Counted from the first letter of the stretch, positions 37,986 through 50,217 are shown. The stretch is 64,000 nt of DNA from Zootoca vivipara (GCF_963506605.1 NC_083288.1:45508001-45572000); one strand, 5' to 3'. Program-made: numbers and translations. The notes: generated by a model not told the origin, from the letters alone.

Positions 37986-38963
37986 TTACTGTTTAGTATT
38001 ATTTTTTTGCTCTGATATACCTGAATCACCCTTCCAGAATGAAACAAACTGTCTAATTGTTCCTCTCAAAGCATCTTGAACCTGTTTATTCCTCAGGCAG
38101 TATATGAATGGGATCAGAAGAGGACAGAGAACAGTGTTTAGAACAGCCACCCCTTTCCTGAAGCCTAACTCTCTGGTCCCTCTTGGTTTTACGTACATGA
38201 AAATGCAACTGCCATAAGTGATGGAGACCACAGTGAAATGAGAAGCGCAAGTGGAGAAAGCCTTTTGCCTCCCTGTGGTTGATGGGATGCGCATGATGGT
38301 GCAGATAATATTGATGTAGGACACAATGTTTATGGCTAAGGTCCCAAGGAGAGAAAGAACAGCACTGAGGAAACTGAGGAGCTCCAGCAGACTTGTGTCT
38401 GCACATGCAAGCTTCATCAGTGGCCCATTGTCACAGAAAAAATGGTTGATGGTGTTTGGGCCGCAAAAGGGCATCCGGAATAATAAAACTGCAGGAACGA
38501 TGATCAGCAACAATGCCCCAGCCCAAGACCAGAGCACCAGCAATGAGCAGATCCGATTGTTCATGATGGTTGAGTAGCGAAGAGGGTTGCAGATGGCCAC
38601 ATACCTGTCAATGGACATTGCCGCCAGCAGAAGGAACTCCGTGGTTCCCAGGACAAAGTACAGAAAGCTCTGTGCCAAACAAGCAGCTAGAGAGATAGTC
38701 TTCTGGCCCATGGCTATGTTGGCCAAAGCTTTAGGAACAATGGCACTGGTATACCCAATCTCCACAAATGCAACATGTCGTAGGAAGAAATACATTGGGG
38801 CGTAGAGCTGTTGACTCACCAGTGTTATTAGAATAATCAGTATGTTTCCCGTTATTGTCAAAAGGTATATCCCCATTAGCAGTAGGAAAAGGATGATTTC
38901 AAGATCATGGTTGCCCGTTAAGCCCAAGAGTATTAATTCTCTTACCATGCTGTTGTTCTTCAT
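37986..38963 (-). CDS. Olfactory receptor, family-6-like (OR5), 325 aa
   Basis: First ATG at 38963 (MKNNS); [42 protein letters not shown]. Confidence 0.95.
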   Translation of the reverse strand: MKNNSMVRELILLGLTGNHDLEIILFLLLMGIYLLTITGNILIILITLVSQQLYAPMYFFLRHVAFVEIGYTSAIVPKALANIAMGQKTISLAACLAQSFLYFVLGTTEFLLLAAMSIDRYVAICNPLRYSTIMNNRICSLLVLWSWAGALLLIIVPAVLLFRMPFCGPNTINHFFCDNGPLMKLACADTSLLELLSFLSAVLSLLGTLAINIVSYINIICTIMRIPSTTGRQKAFSTCASHFTVVSITYGSCIFMYVKPRGTRELGFRKGVAVLNTVLCPLLIPFIYCLRNKQVQDALRGTIRQFVSFWKGDSGISEQKNNTKQ

Positions 38964-40448
38964 TTTCGGCACTTCTCTGCAAGTAAAGGAACGTCAGTCA
39001 TTTCAATACTGACCATTTAAAATAAGCACAAGTTGTTCAGCTTTGATTCTTGCAGTGTCACTAATATCATGAAGTATTGGATCATCTCAGGGGTTGCAGC
39101 AATGGACTTTGGGCTTTCAAATTTCAGCAGCACCCTCTGTGATGCTGAAATTTGGCATCCCACCTCCTCTTGCCTTCATTATAAGTTGTGGCATAAGTCT
39201 GTGGCATCAGCTCAGCTCAGCATCCAATGCGGATGAACTGGCCATGCTTCCCTGAACCCACCTCTGTTGGTTGTCAGCCACAGGCAAGCTGATGGCTGTT
39301 CTCTGTTGTGTCTCTCCCTCCACCCACCCCATAGCTGGTAGTCAATTATCTGCTGACTCTGTCCAAAAGGACTCATAACTACCATGTAAACCAGCCTCCA
39401 CCAATGTGGTGTCCTCCAGATTTTTTGGACTACAACTCCCATTATATCCCGCAAACACATAAATGTGCCATAAAGCCTTAATCAGTTTCTGTTCTCATTT
39501 ATTCTTCCAGCTAAAGATGCAGGTTGTTTTGCATCATGCCATTCAGCATTTATTTATATAACATATATTTTAGAACAGACTCTCTCATATAGAATGTGAC
39601 AGTCCTTCAGATACTTTGCTCTCAGGCTATTTAGAATGGTGTGGATTAGGGATGGCGAACCTGTGACTCTCTAGATAATCTTAAGATTCCATGACAACAG
39701 GGGCGTAGCCAGGATCAAAACTAGGGAGGGGCAAGCCATGGTCATTCAGGGGCGGGGCCAAGGCACAGAAGGGGAGGGGCCACAAAGTGGGCGGGGCTAA
39801 AGGGCCAACGGGCCTGATGACATCGTGGCGGTGGCAGCAGCGGCCACCTTGTGCTTCTGGGGCTGGTAGCGTTGGCGGCTACCCTGCTTGGCTGGAGAGG
39901 ACGGGAGGGTCGGGCAGGTGAGAGGGGGTGGCAGGGCGGGCGAGGGCGAGGCAAGACACGGCCGCAGCCACGACGGCTCCGAGGCGTTGCTGCATATCAG
40001 CATAATATTTCAACCATGGTTCAAGCCCCACCTTAGGAAAAAAATCCTGCATTGCAGCGGGTTGGACTAGATGACCCTTGTGGTCCCTTCCGACTACAAT
40101 TCTACGATTCTATTGATATATTACCATACCATATGCATCGTTCTGCTTTCTTGAATTGTCCTACTCCTAGGCATAGCAGCCAACTCCTAGAGGCCTAGGT
40201 GCCTCTCCCCCCCCCCAATTACTGGTAAATACCGTATTTGAAAGAGTCATCCCCCATGTTGATGGGCTTTCTATGTGGGGCTTATCTGCCCCCCCTTATT
40301 TTATTAAGGATGGAAGAGGGAGGGAAGGAAGGAAGAAATAGAGAGAGGGATAACTCATATTTGTGGGTGCCTCTGGGTGACGCTGTGATGCTGGAACTCT
40401 GCATGTACAGGAGCCTTGTAAGCAGCTTTCTCTCTGCTTGATTTACAG

Positions 40449-40785
40449 CAGGCACGTCCAACAGGTAGATTGTGATCTACCAGTAGATCACTGGATGTCT
40501 GTGGTAGATCACTGGTAGGTCACTGGCACCCCTAAAAAAAGCTCACCCAAAATTTTCCTCCTCCCTCAAAAAAATTGAACTATGACCTGAAGCCCTAAAC
40601 AAAAATGGGCCTCCCTCCCTCCTAAAAGAAGCTCAACAAGTTTGACCTAAACCCCCCAAAACAGGGCTTCCCTTCCTTTAAAAAAAAACTCAACAGCTTT
40701 GACCTGAACCCCCCAAAAGGGGGTAGATCACCCCCAGTTTTAAACTCTGAGTAGATCAGAGTCTCTTGGGAGGGGGCCACCCCTG
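40449..40785. mobile_element. hAT MITE with GTAGATC repeats
   Basis: CAGG...CCTG termini, perfect 8-bp TSD ATTTACAG. Confidence 0.85.
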
Positions 40786-41055
40786 ATTTACAGTATACAG
40801 ATGCAGGAGGAGGGGCAGACTGGAACACCAATGCTTTTTATAAACATCACTGTGTCTGTCAAAGCTACAGCCCCCCCCCTTTCTTATTCACTTCCTTTTA
40901 GCCTTGCAGAGCCACCTTAGTCAAATTGAATCCTCTGAGTCTGCACCTTCATTAAATCGCCAATAGAACTCTTAATGCTCCTGAATGCTCATTAACAAGT
41001 CCCACTTAAGAACAATAGGGTGAAATGGTCAGCTATCAAATCTTGCCTGGGGATA

Positions 41056-42391
41056 CCGTGTTTCCCACATTTTAAGACACCGTCTTATAATTTTTTTACT
41101 CAAGAAAATAAGCCTATGGCTTATTTTCGGGGGGTGTCTTAGTATGGTTCCTGCCTCCTCCTGCCGCGACCGGCGTTGCTGCTGCTGGGCTGGCAGCACT
41201 CTGCGAAGGCAGGAGAAGCCGGCCAGACCGCTGGGGGGGGTGGGGTAGAAAAAAGTTCGGAGCGCGTCCCAATGGCAGCACTCCTCATGCGCCACAAAAG
41301 CTACCAAACAACTGGGGGGGGAGGTTAGAAAGGTGGCCGGAGCGCAGCCTTATGGCAGCGCTCCTCACACACCACAAAAAAGACGCAGAAAACTGGCAAA
41401 CAGCTGGAGGGGGCTAAAAAGCAGCGGCGGCCACAGCTTTAAATGGCTGGATCGCGCCTTCCGTCCCGCGCCTGCGCTGCGTGCCAGGTTTTGCCCGATC
41501 CGTCGGGGAGCAGGGAGCGCTCAGAATCTGGTGAGGGGGGGTCTTTCTTCCCATTTGGGTGCCCGAGCATCGCCGCTCGAGAGGCCGGAGGCTCTCGGCG
41601 GAGTGGTCTGGAGGAGCGATCGCAAGCTCTTGGCTGGCTGGCTCGCTTTCTTTTTGTTGCTCACGGAAGGCGGAAGGGGCCAGCAGGGCTCCCGCCACCA
41701 TCAGTCGCCCCGCCGCCCCTCTGCCTTGGGCCATGCAGCCCACAACGTTCCGGCAGCGCGGCTCCCGCTGCCGTCAGTCGCCCCGGCGGCGCGGAAGGGC
41801 CAGCGGACCTCCGGCCGCCGCTCTGCCGTGGACCATGCAGCCCACAAAGTTCTGGCAGCGCGGAAGGGGCCAGCAGGGCTCCCGCCGCCGTCAGTCACCT
41901 CCGGCCGCTGCTCTGCCTTGGGCCATCCGGCCCCAGAACGTTTCGGCGGCGCGGCTCCTGCCGCCGCTTGTCACCCGCCGCTGCTCTGCTTCGGGCCATG
42001 CGGCCCCACAACATTCCGGCAGCGCGGAAGGGGCCAGCAGGGCTCCCGACACCGAGGGGTTTCCCCGTCCGGGCGCTCGAGTGTAAAAAAGTTCTGGGAA
42101 GAGTGGGGAGGCTCCCAGCGCGGCTCGCCTGGCGACGCCGAAAGAGGGCCGAGCGCGCGGTGCTTGTGCCTCCTCCTGCTTCTCCCCCCCCCCCGCCCGT
42201 GTGAGAAATTAGCAGTTGAGGGCGAGGACGGATAGAGAGCTGCACGGCGCTTCAGCAGCAGCAACAGCAGCAACCAGTTCCAGGTGGCTCGGGGTATGGC
42301 TTATTTTCGGGGTATGGCTTAATTCCGCAAAAGTGTAAAAATCCTGCTACGTCTTATAAAATGACTACGTCTTAAAATAGGGGAAACACGG
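41056..42391. mobile_element. Non-autonomous Tc2/pogo-like DNA transposon with a CpG-rich tandem core
   Basis: 23-bp TIRs CCGTGTTTCCC(AC/CT)ATTTTAAGAC and TA TSD; no transposase ORF. Confidence 0.85.
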
Positions 42392-42829
42392 TATATGCTC
42401 CATTGTCTTAACTGCTTAACTACTGGTAGCCACTTTGCTTTATTTATTTGATGTGTTTTTGTTACTGCTGTGTCCACACCCCCCCAGCAAGCGGAGACTT
42501 AGCTGCTCTTGCTAAAGCAAAGCCTTTTCCACTTCAGTTTTTGGAGGGGAAAAGTGCTGGTTATGGTCTGTAAAATACATTAATTTTTTTGCTTCTAGGG
42601 GGGGCAGCTGCCCCCTCCTGCCCCCCCCTGCCTACACCCATGCATGACAATCTTCCATGGCCGTGCTGAATGAGACTGATGCCAGTTGGAGTGCAGCAAC
42701 AATTGGAGAAAAACAGGTCCCCCTTACCTGGAATCCAAAGCAGCAGATTTTCATTGCACATGGGAAGTGGGGGGGGGAGGGATCTTGGAAATATTGAAAG
42801 TTGATGTTCCATCCCCAGCAGACCAATGA

Positions 42830-43440
42830 ATTACTGCAGGCCCCTCTCGGTCACCACCCAAATGCTCATCAAAATCAATTCCATACATGATCTAATCTAA
42901 ATGATGTTGTAAATATGCACCCATGTACAATCAGTTCCCTTTTTAATTTTTTTGCAGTACTTTGCAGCACTTCTTGCACTGCCAAAACATGAGGTTGTAG
43001 TGAAATACTCACCAAATAAAATCAAAATAGGGAGCAGAGACTATGCTCTTATTTTCACGAATGCAAACCAAGTTGTTGGAACCTGCAGGTTGTGATGGTG
43101 AAGAGTAAACCATCAGTTGTGATGGTGGCAATGTTCTCCTGCTAACTACGGTAAGTAAATGGAGCTTAGGCTCCACTCCCTGTTTTCACAACCCATTAAC
43201 ATGCCACATCCTTAATGCTTTGTGGAGGAATCCTTTCTTTCTTTCTGCACAAACTAGTTACCTTAGTAATATTTTGCTGCAGGGGTGAAGACGGAAGCAA
43301 CCTCTAGGTGCTGCTTCATGTTCCTAAACACATGTTGCAACAGGTATTCCCTCTTTGCTTGTTAGGATACACAAGGGGCATGCATATTGCTTCTCTAAAG
43401 AGCACCATACTTATTGTACATTGTATGAAATTTGCTCAGG
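42830..43440 (-). promoter_or_regulatory. Conserved upstream block (5' exon and promoter) of OR5
   Basis: Colinear homology with 48540-49180; conserved donor G|GTGAGTA at 43012. Confidence 0.6.
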
Positions 43441-43451
43441 CGGGCTCCCCT

Positions 43452-44248
43452 GATTGAGATTGAATCCTGACAAGACAGAAGTACTGTTTGTGGGGGACAG
43501 GAGCTGGGCAGGTGTGGAGGACTCCCTGGTCTTGAATGGGGTAGCTGTGCCCCTGAAGGACCAGGTGCACAGCCTGGGAGTCATTTTGGACTCACAGCTG
43601 TCCATGGAGGCACAGGTCAATTCTGTGTCCAGGGCAGCTGTTTATCAGCTCCATCTGGTATGCAGGCTGAGTCCCTACCTGCCCGTGGACTGTCTTGCCA
43701 GAGTAGTGCATGCTCTAGTTATCTCTCGCTTGGACTACTGCAATGCACTCTATGTGGGGCTACCTTTGAAGGTGACCCGGAAACTACAACTAATCCAGAA
43801 TGTGGCAGCTAGACTGGTGACTGGGAGCGGCCGCCGAGACCACATAACACTGGTCCTGAAAGACCTACATTGGCTCCCAGTACGTTTCCGTGTTGGTGTT
43901 GACCTTTAAAGCCCTAAATGGCCTTGGTCCAGTATACCTGAAGGAGCGTCTCCACCCCCATCGTTCTGTTCAGACACTGAGGTCCAGCGCCAAGGGCCTT
44001 CTGGCGGTTCCCTCGCTACGAGAAGCCAAGTTGCAGGGAACCAGGCAGAGGGCCTTCTTGGTAGTGGCACCCACCCTGTGGAATGCCCTCCCACCAGAGG
44101 TCAAATAGAACAACAATTACCAGACCTTTAGAAGGCATCTTAAGGCAGCCCTGTTTAGGGAAGCTTTTAATGTTTGATGAATTTCTGTATTTTAATATTT
44201 TGTTGGAAGCCGTCCAGAGTGGCTGGGGGAACCCGGCCAGATGGGTGG

Positions 44249-44290
<42 letters not shown>

Positions 44291-44291
44291 T
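43452..44291 (+). mobile_element. L2-clade LINE 3' fragment
   Basis: LNPDKTEVL..SLGVILDSQLSM..SRLDYCNALYVGLP..LHWLPVRFR; (AAT)n tail. Confidence 0.9.
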
Positions 44292-44559
44292 CCCATAGGC
44301 ACCTGGTTGGACTAGATGGGACTTTGGCCAAATCCATCACATGCTCTTATGTTCTGCAAACAACATGTAGGTTGCCTACCTAAGCTTCACTTACCTATAC
44401 TGAGCTTGTACAATATAGAATAGAATAGAATCATAGAGTTGGAAGAGACAACAAGGGCCATCCAGTCCAGCCCCCTGCCAAGCAGGAAACACCACCAAAG
44501 CATTCCTGACATATGGCCGTCAAGCCTCCGTGATGTGATTCCATGAATATTGTCATAAC

Positions 44560-44903
44560 TGTTAAGCATTAAGCCTTTCCCCAGGGGCCAGTTGTCAGAC
44601 TGGACCCACAGAGCAAATCGTGATTGCTCTCACAAACATGAAGAACAACACACACACACAAGTCAGTAAATAAGGCTTAACTGCTTTATTTACATATAAA
44701 CAGACTGGGAGTTCTACATCATGGCTCCCTCTCTCTGGCATGACAGCCAGTAAAGAGAAAGAACAAAGGAGACAACAGTCCCACGTAGTACAGTAAGGTA
44801 AACATCCTGTCTACGTCACATCCACTCTGTGGAATGAAAATTCATACAGTCATATGATACACAATAAACCTATGACTGCAGACGGGGAATGAATTTCCCA
44901 ACA
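44560..44903 (-). mobile_element. Solo LTR (344 bp)
   Basis: TGTT...AACA termini, perfect 5-bp TSD ATAAC, minus-strand AATAAA. Confidence 0.78.
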
Positions 44904-44973
44904 ATAACTAGGCCTTCTATGGCTGATTGCATTCAGTTTTATAATTCCCTCCAGCCCAGAAGTGAAATAGATA

Positions 44974-45014
<41 letters not shown>

Positions 45015-46282
45015 TCTACCCCACACAATATGACATATAGGGACAAATTTGGTGGTGGTGAATGCGAATGTCACCAGTGGGTGTGAATGTCTTGAGGAGA
45101 AGGGCTTATGGTTCTGGCACTCTGAAATGGATTGGCTGAACCTGAATGTTCATAAAATGGTGGCGGGGGTGGGGAAGCTGGTTATCCATTGGCAAGAAAG
45201 GACTGAATGGGCAATGGATGGGGAAGGAGAAACACAATGGAATGTTTAGTGACTGTTTAGTAATTGAAGAGAAGGCTGGATTGGGAAGAGGGAGGGAACT
45301 AATGGAGCAAGGGACCAAGGAGAGAGGGGAATCTGGAGGAAACTCACAGTGCTTAATGTCTGTAGCCATTGTATGCTAAGGTATTTAGTTGGGAGAGGCA
45401 GGCGTATCAGAGCTACCTAAGGCCACTCAAAGTGAGTGAGGTTAACTGGGACACAATGCATAAAAAGCAAGGAATTCCACAAATTTACACACTTTCCTGT
45501 CTGAGAAAAGGAGAAGATGGGCCAACCAGATTCCACACACAGAACCTGATCAGATCTATTTCAACATTATATATGGGACACCACCCTGCACTGTGTCCAA
45601 GTACAGCCATCTAGGTTAGGAGATGAAGAACAGGCTAACTTCTGGGTCTCTGGAGGAATGATGGATGGATGAGTATTTCATTACATAAGCACCCATCATC
45701 TGGTACCTGAGGCAGATTCCTCACACTGTCTAGTAGTAGTGCCAGCTCTGAATGGTTTGGAATATCTTGCTAGTTCTTTAGCTGCAGACTCTGGTTAAAT
45801 AGATTTTGCTGACTTTCTACATCATTCCTCAATGCTTCTCCTTTGGTTCTGATAAACTTCTGATTATTTTTCATGACTATATGGCTCACTTTTCCAGTTG
45901 ACATCGCTGGAGTAAGATTTCAAAATCAGTTCTGTACCTGTGGGAAACTATTTATTTATTTGTCTTTAATATACAAAATCAAAACATGTAGTTATATAAT
46001 ACCATAATAATATAATTTGTTACATATAATAAAACGACAGAAAAAAGAATTATAATTTATTATTTAATTATCATTTGCTATTTGCAGCCTTATCCTAATT
46101 CTAACTGCATAAAGTTCCTTACAAAATACACAGGTCAATGTTATCTTACAGTTTGTTCCACCCATTATTAACAAAAAGGGTTCAATTTTTCAGTAAGTTG
46201 ATTACTGTGTTGTCTGCTTCCTCACATGTTAACCAGATCTGTCAATTTAACCATATGAACATCCTCTCATATCAGCATTAAT

Positions 46283-46373
46283 CATAGCTGCCAAGTTTTC
46301 CCTTTTCTCACGAGGAAGCCTATTCAGCATAATGGAAAATCCCTTAAAAAAAGGGGATAACTTGGCAGCTATG
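46283..46373 (+). mobile_element. 90-bp hAT MITE, copy 2
   Basis: Same TIR; 8-bp TSD GCATTAAT. Confidence 0.92.
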
Positions 46374-46678
46374 GCATTAATCTGTCATCCAGTGAGAAAA
46401 CAAAGATTATTCTGACTGCAGCTGATTATCGCACAGGCAGCTTCTTGTAAATGACTGGCCATCTCTCAATGCAGTAAAATAAGCCAATAATAAACATAAC
46501 CAAAAAAGAATAACCAAGGGATTGGTTGGAAAAACATAGTCTCTCATTTCCTTTATTACATGAATTATCAACTTCCAAAAATAATGTATGTTTTGCATTT
46601 GCAAAAAATTATATTGAATTTCATCAGATTTTTCTTACTTGATTTTTCTAAACAAAGTTATATATTTTACTCACATAC

Positions 46679-47028
46679 GGTAAAGGTAAAGGTAAAGGGA
46701 CCCCTGACCATTAGGTCCAGTCGTGACCGATTCTGGGGTTGCGCGCTCATCTCGCATTATTGGCCGGCGTACAGCTTCCAGGTCATATGGCCAGCATGAC
46801 AAAGCCACTTCTGGTGAACCAGAGCAGCACACGGAAATGCCACTTACCTTCACGCTGTAGCGGTTCTTATTTATCTACTTGCATTTTGATGTGCTTTCGA
46901 ACTGCTAGGTTGGCAGGAGCTGGGACCGAGCAACGGGAGCTCACCCCGTCACAGGGATTCGAACTGCTGACCTTCTGATCAGCAAGCCCTAGGCTCTGTG
47001 GTTTAACCCACAGCGCCACCCGGGTCCC
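46679..47028 (-). mobile_element. Sauria SINE
   Basis: Reverse-oriented copy flanked by a CTCACATACGGTA duplication. Confidence 0.9.
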
Positions 47029-47217
47029 TAGTACCTGGGTCCCTAGTACCTCACATACGGTACTAGAATATAATTGGCATTCAGATATTGAAAGAAATCT
47101 AGTATTCCCAGGAAGCAGCAGAGGAGAGTTTATAAGTAGCACGTCAGCAATTGAATGGATGTCTCCATGGTCAATGCTTAATATTAATGTTTGTTCTGAT
47201 GTCAGTTGGACCCCAAA

Positions 47218-48159
47218 TCATCTTGAGTCCTTCCAAATGGCAACAAGCTGTCTACATGCTCCTCTCAAGGCATCCTGGACTTGTGTGTTCCTAAGGCAGT
47301 ATATGAATGGGACAAGAAGAGGAGCCAGCACAGCGTTCAGAAGAGCCACCCCTTTGCTGTAGTCCAATTCACTATCATGGTTGGGTTTTATGTACATAAA
47401 AATGCAACTGCTGTAAGTGATGGAGACCACCGTGATGTGAGATGCGCAAGTGGAGAAAGCCTTCTTTCTCCCTGAAGTGGATGGGATGCGCATGATGGTG
47501 CAGATAATGTGGACATAAGACACAGTATTTACAGACAAGGTCCCAAGGAGGGAGAGGGTAGCAGTGACGAAATTGAGGAGATTCAGCAGACTGGTGTCCG
47601 TGCATGCAAGTTTGACCAATGGTCCATTGTCACAGAAAAAATGGTTGATGGTGTTTGGGCCGCAAAAGGGCATCCGGAATAATACAACTGCAGGGACAAT
47701 GATCAGCAACAGCGCCCCAGCCCAAGACCAGAGCACCAGCAATGAGCAGATCCGATTGTTCATGATGGTTGAGTAGCGAAGAGGGTTGCAGATGGCAACG
47801 TACCTGTCAATGGACATTGCCGCCAGCAATAGGAACTCTGTGGTTCCCAGGACAAAGTGCACAAAGGACTGTGTGAAGCAACCAGCTAGAGAGATAGTCT
47901 TCTGGCCAGTAGCCATGTTGTCCATTGTTTTAGGAACAATGGCACTGGTATACCCAATTTCCACAAATGCAACATGTCGGAGGAAGAAATACATCGGGGT
48001 GTTGAGCTGTTGACTCACCAGTGTTATTAGAATAATAAGTAGGTTCCCCATTATCGTCAAAAGGTATTCCCCAATCAGCAGGATGAAAAGTATAATTTTA
48101 AGTTGATGGTTGTCCGTCAAACCCAACAGTATAAACTCTCTCACCATGGTGTTGTTCAT
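47218..48159 (-). CDS. Olfactory receptor, family-6-like (OR6), 313 aa; close paralog of OR5
   Basis: ATG at 48159 (MNNT); [40 protein letters not shown]. Confidence 0.95.
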   Translation of the reverse strand: MNNTMVREFILLGLTDNHQLKIILFILLIGEYLLTIMGNLLIILITLVSQQLNTPMYFFLRHVAFVEIGYTSAIVPKTMDNMATGQKTISLAGCFTQSFVHFVLGTTEFLLLAAMSIDRYVAICNPLRYSTIMNNRICSLLVLWSWAGALLLIIVPAVVLFRMPFCGPNTINHFFCDNGPLVKLACTDTSLLNLLNFVTATLSLLGTLSVNTVSYVHIICTIMRIPSTSGRKKAFSTCASHITVVSITYSSCIFMYIKPNHDSELDYSKGVALLNAVLAPLLVPFIYCLRNTQVQDALRGACRQLVAIWKDSR

Positions 48160-48539
48160 TGTTGTTGGCACTTCCCTAAAAGTAATGGGAAATGAAACCT
48201 TAGAGCTGTGTTAGCCTTTAAAAAATAAGCACATGCTATTCAATTTTAACTCTCTGCAATTGCCTGAATGTGACTGTTACTGATATCATGAAGAACTGGA
48301 TCAGACCAGTAGATCTGTTTCAGTCCTTTAGAGACCCTGCTCCCAGACTATTTACGTAGATCAGAGATGGCCTTCCAAATATTATTGGGCTTAAACCCCC
48401 CTCAACTCTGAGTTGGAGTCCAGTGACATGTGAATACAGTAATCACAAGTTTACCATCCCTGGAACAGAACCAAAAGCAACATATTTTCATTGAACTTGG
48501 CTGGATTTCATGGGAATGGTCTGCACTGATATTTCCACC

Positions 48540-49180
48540 ACAGCAGGCCCTTGCCAGTTCCCATCCAAATGCTCATCAAAGACATCGCCATATATGATGC
48601 ATCACAATAACCATAGCTACATCTAAATGATTCTGTAAATAAGCATCTTATATGCAAAATCATTTTCCTTTACGAAAGCAAATACTTTTCATCACCTCAT
48701 TTCATCACCAAAAGCTGTAGCAAAATACTCACCTCCTAACATCAGCTTAGAAAAGGGGATGATGTTATCATTTGTATAGATGCTAAGTTGGTTGCTAGAA
48801 CCTTCAGGTCATGGTGATGACGCTGACATTCTTCCACTAACCAGGGAGATTGAGCAATTGTAAAGGTTTCACTCCATAAGCCTATTTTTTGTGTGGCCTC
48901 TTAACATGCCACATCCTTAACACTTCGCCAAAGCGTCTTTGCTGTCTTGGCTCACAGACTAGTGACCTTGGCGATATTTTGCTACACATGTTTCTCCGTC
49001 TCTTTGCCCCAGGAGTGAACACTGAAGCAACCTGGCTCATGTCCTTAAGTGCTGTTTGTGTCCCTAGGCACATCTCACAAGAGATATTCAGTCTTTGCTT
49101 GCTAACAATACACAATTGACATGAACATTGCTTCTCTAAGGTGCAGGAAACTTATTGTGCATCGTATGAAACAGGCACAG
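48540..49180 (-). promoter_or_regulatory. Conserved upstream block (5' exon and promoter) of OR6
   Basis: Homologous to 42830-43440; consensus donor AG|GTGAGT at 48732, acceptor TTTTAG at 48176. Confidence 0.6.
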
Positions 49181-49827
49181 GCTGAAACCAATTTCGTGTG
49201 TGGGTTTCACATGGGAACCTGGTTGGCCGTTGTGCAGGAACAAGATACTGGGCCAGAGGGGACTTCAGCCTAATCCAGCATTGTTCTTCAAAGAACTATC
49301 ATATTTTGGAAAGGCAGATACAGGGGATAACTCTGGATCTAGATAATCCTCCCTCCCCCACCCCCCGGTTTACCCCTTGGAATATGTTCAGAGCTACAAG
49401 ACTCTGGGGCTGATGTATTAAGTTCACAATATAGACAATTTGTTGTATCTGACTAAGAGAAGGCCCATTGAAATAAATGGACTTACACATCATTATTAAC
49501 TTTCCCATTCATTGCAGAACACACAAAAAAGTATACATTTCCTACAAAAGAGACACAAAACTTTTGATTCCTGAGTATGCTAAAGCTATCCACATTAGAA
49601 GCACTGGGTTCTGCCCTGACCATCAGGGTTCTGTTTCCCCCCCCCCCCGTTTTATTATTTCAGCTTGCAATGATCCACCCCACCTTATCATTGCTCAGAG
49701 GCTTCTCGGATTAGTCAATAATCAGCCATCTTTATTTTGAGGGAAAAGAGTTATAAGTTATAAGTATGATGTGGGGAGGGGGGAATTTCCACTTCATATA
49801 TTAAATGTATATCTCAACCATACTCTC

Positions 49828-50217
49828 TCTCTTTTTTGATAATAATTATTATTAATTTTATACATTAGGGGGGGGGAAGAAAAATACAAACATTATAAAA
49901 AATATACATGAAAAGAAAAAAAGAAAACACACCACACACACACAAAACGCACAATAACAATACCTATAATCATTTTAACTTTCTTCTAACTCTTCAAACC
50001 ATTGTTTCTGGGACTTCCCCAAGTCCCCCCTAACTGATTTCCTTTTCAAATCTTCTTTAGCAGTTTCCTAATCATTCTTTTAAACATTTCCCAAAACTAT
50101 CTCCATATCTTTACATCAGAACAAGTATATCAAATTCATCTATACTTTCTTTCTAACATCTACTTTCATCCCTAATGCCAAATAAGGAATCCCCCCCCAT
50201 AGAAATTCAAATTTTTA
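49828..50217 (-). mobile_element. 5'-truncated L1-like 3' UTR insertion
   Basis: 20-bp TSD TATATCTCA(A/G)CCATACTCTC and T-rich left end. Confidence 0.7.

Noticed and set aside
41333-42273. Long overlapping ORFs of 100-300 aa in several frames
   Set aside because: They result from GC-rich, stop-poor repeats inside a TIR element; low complexity and no recognisable domain.
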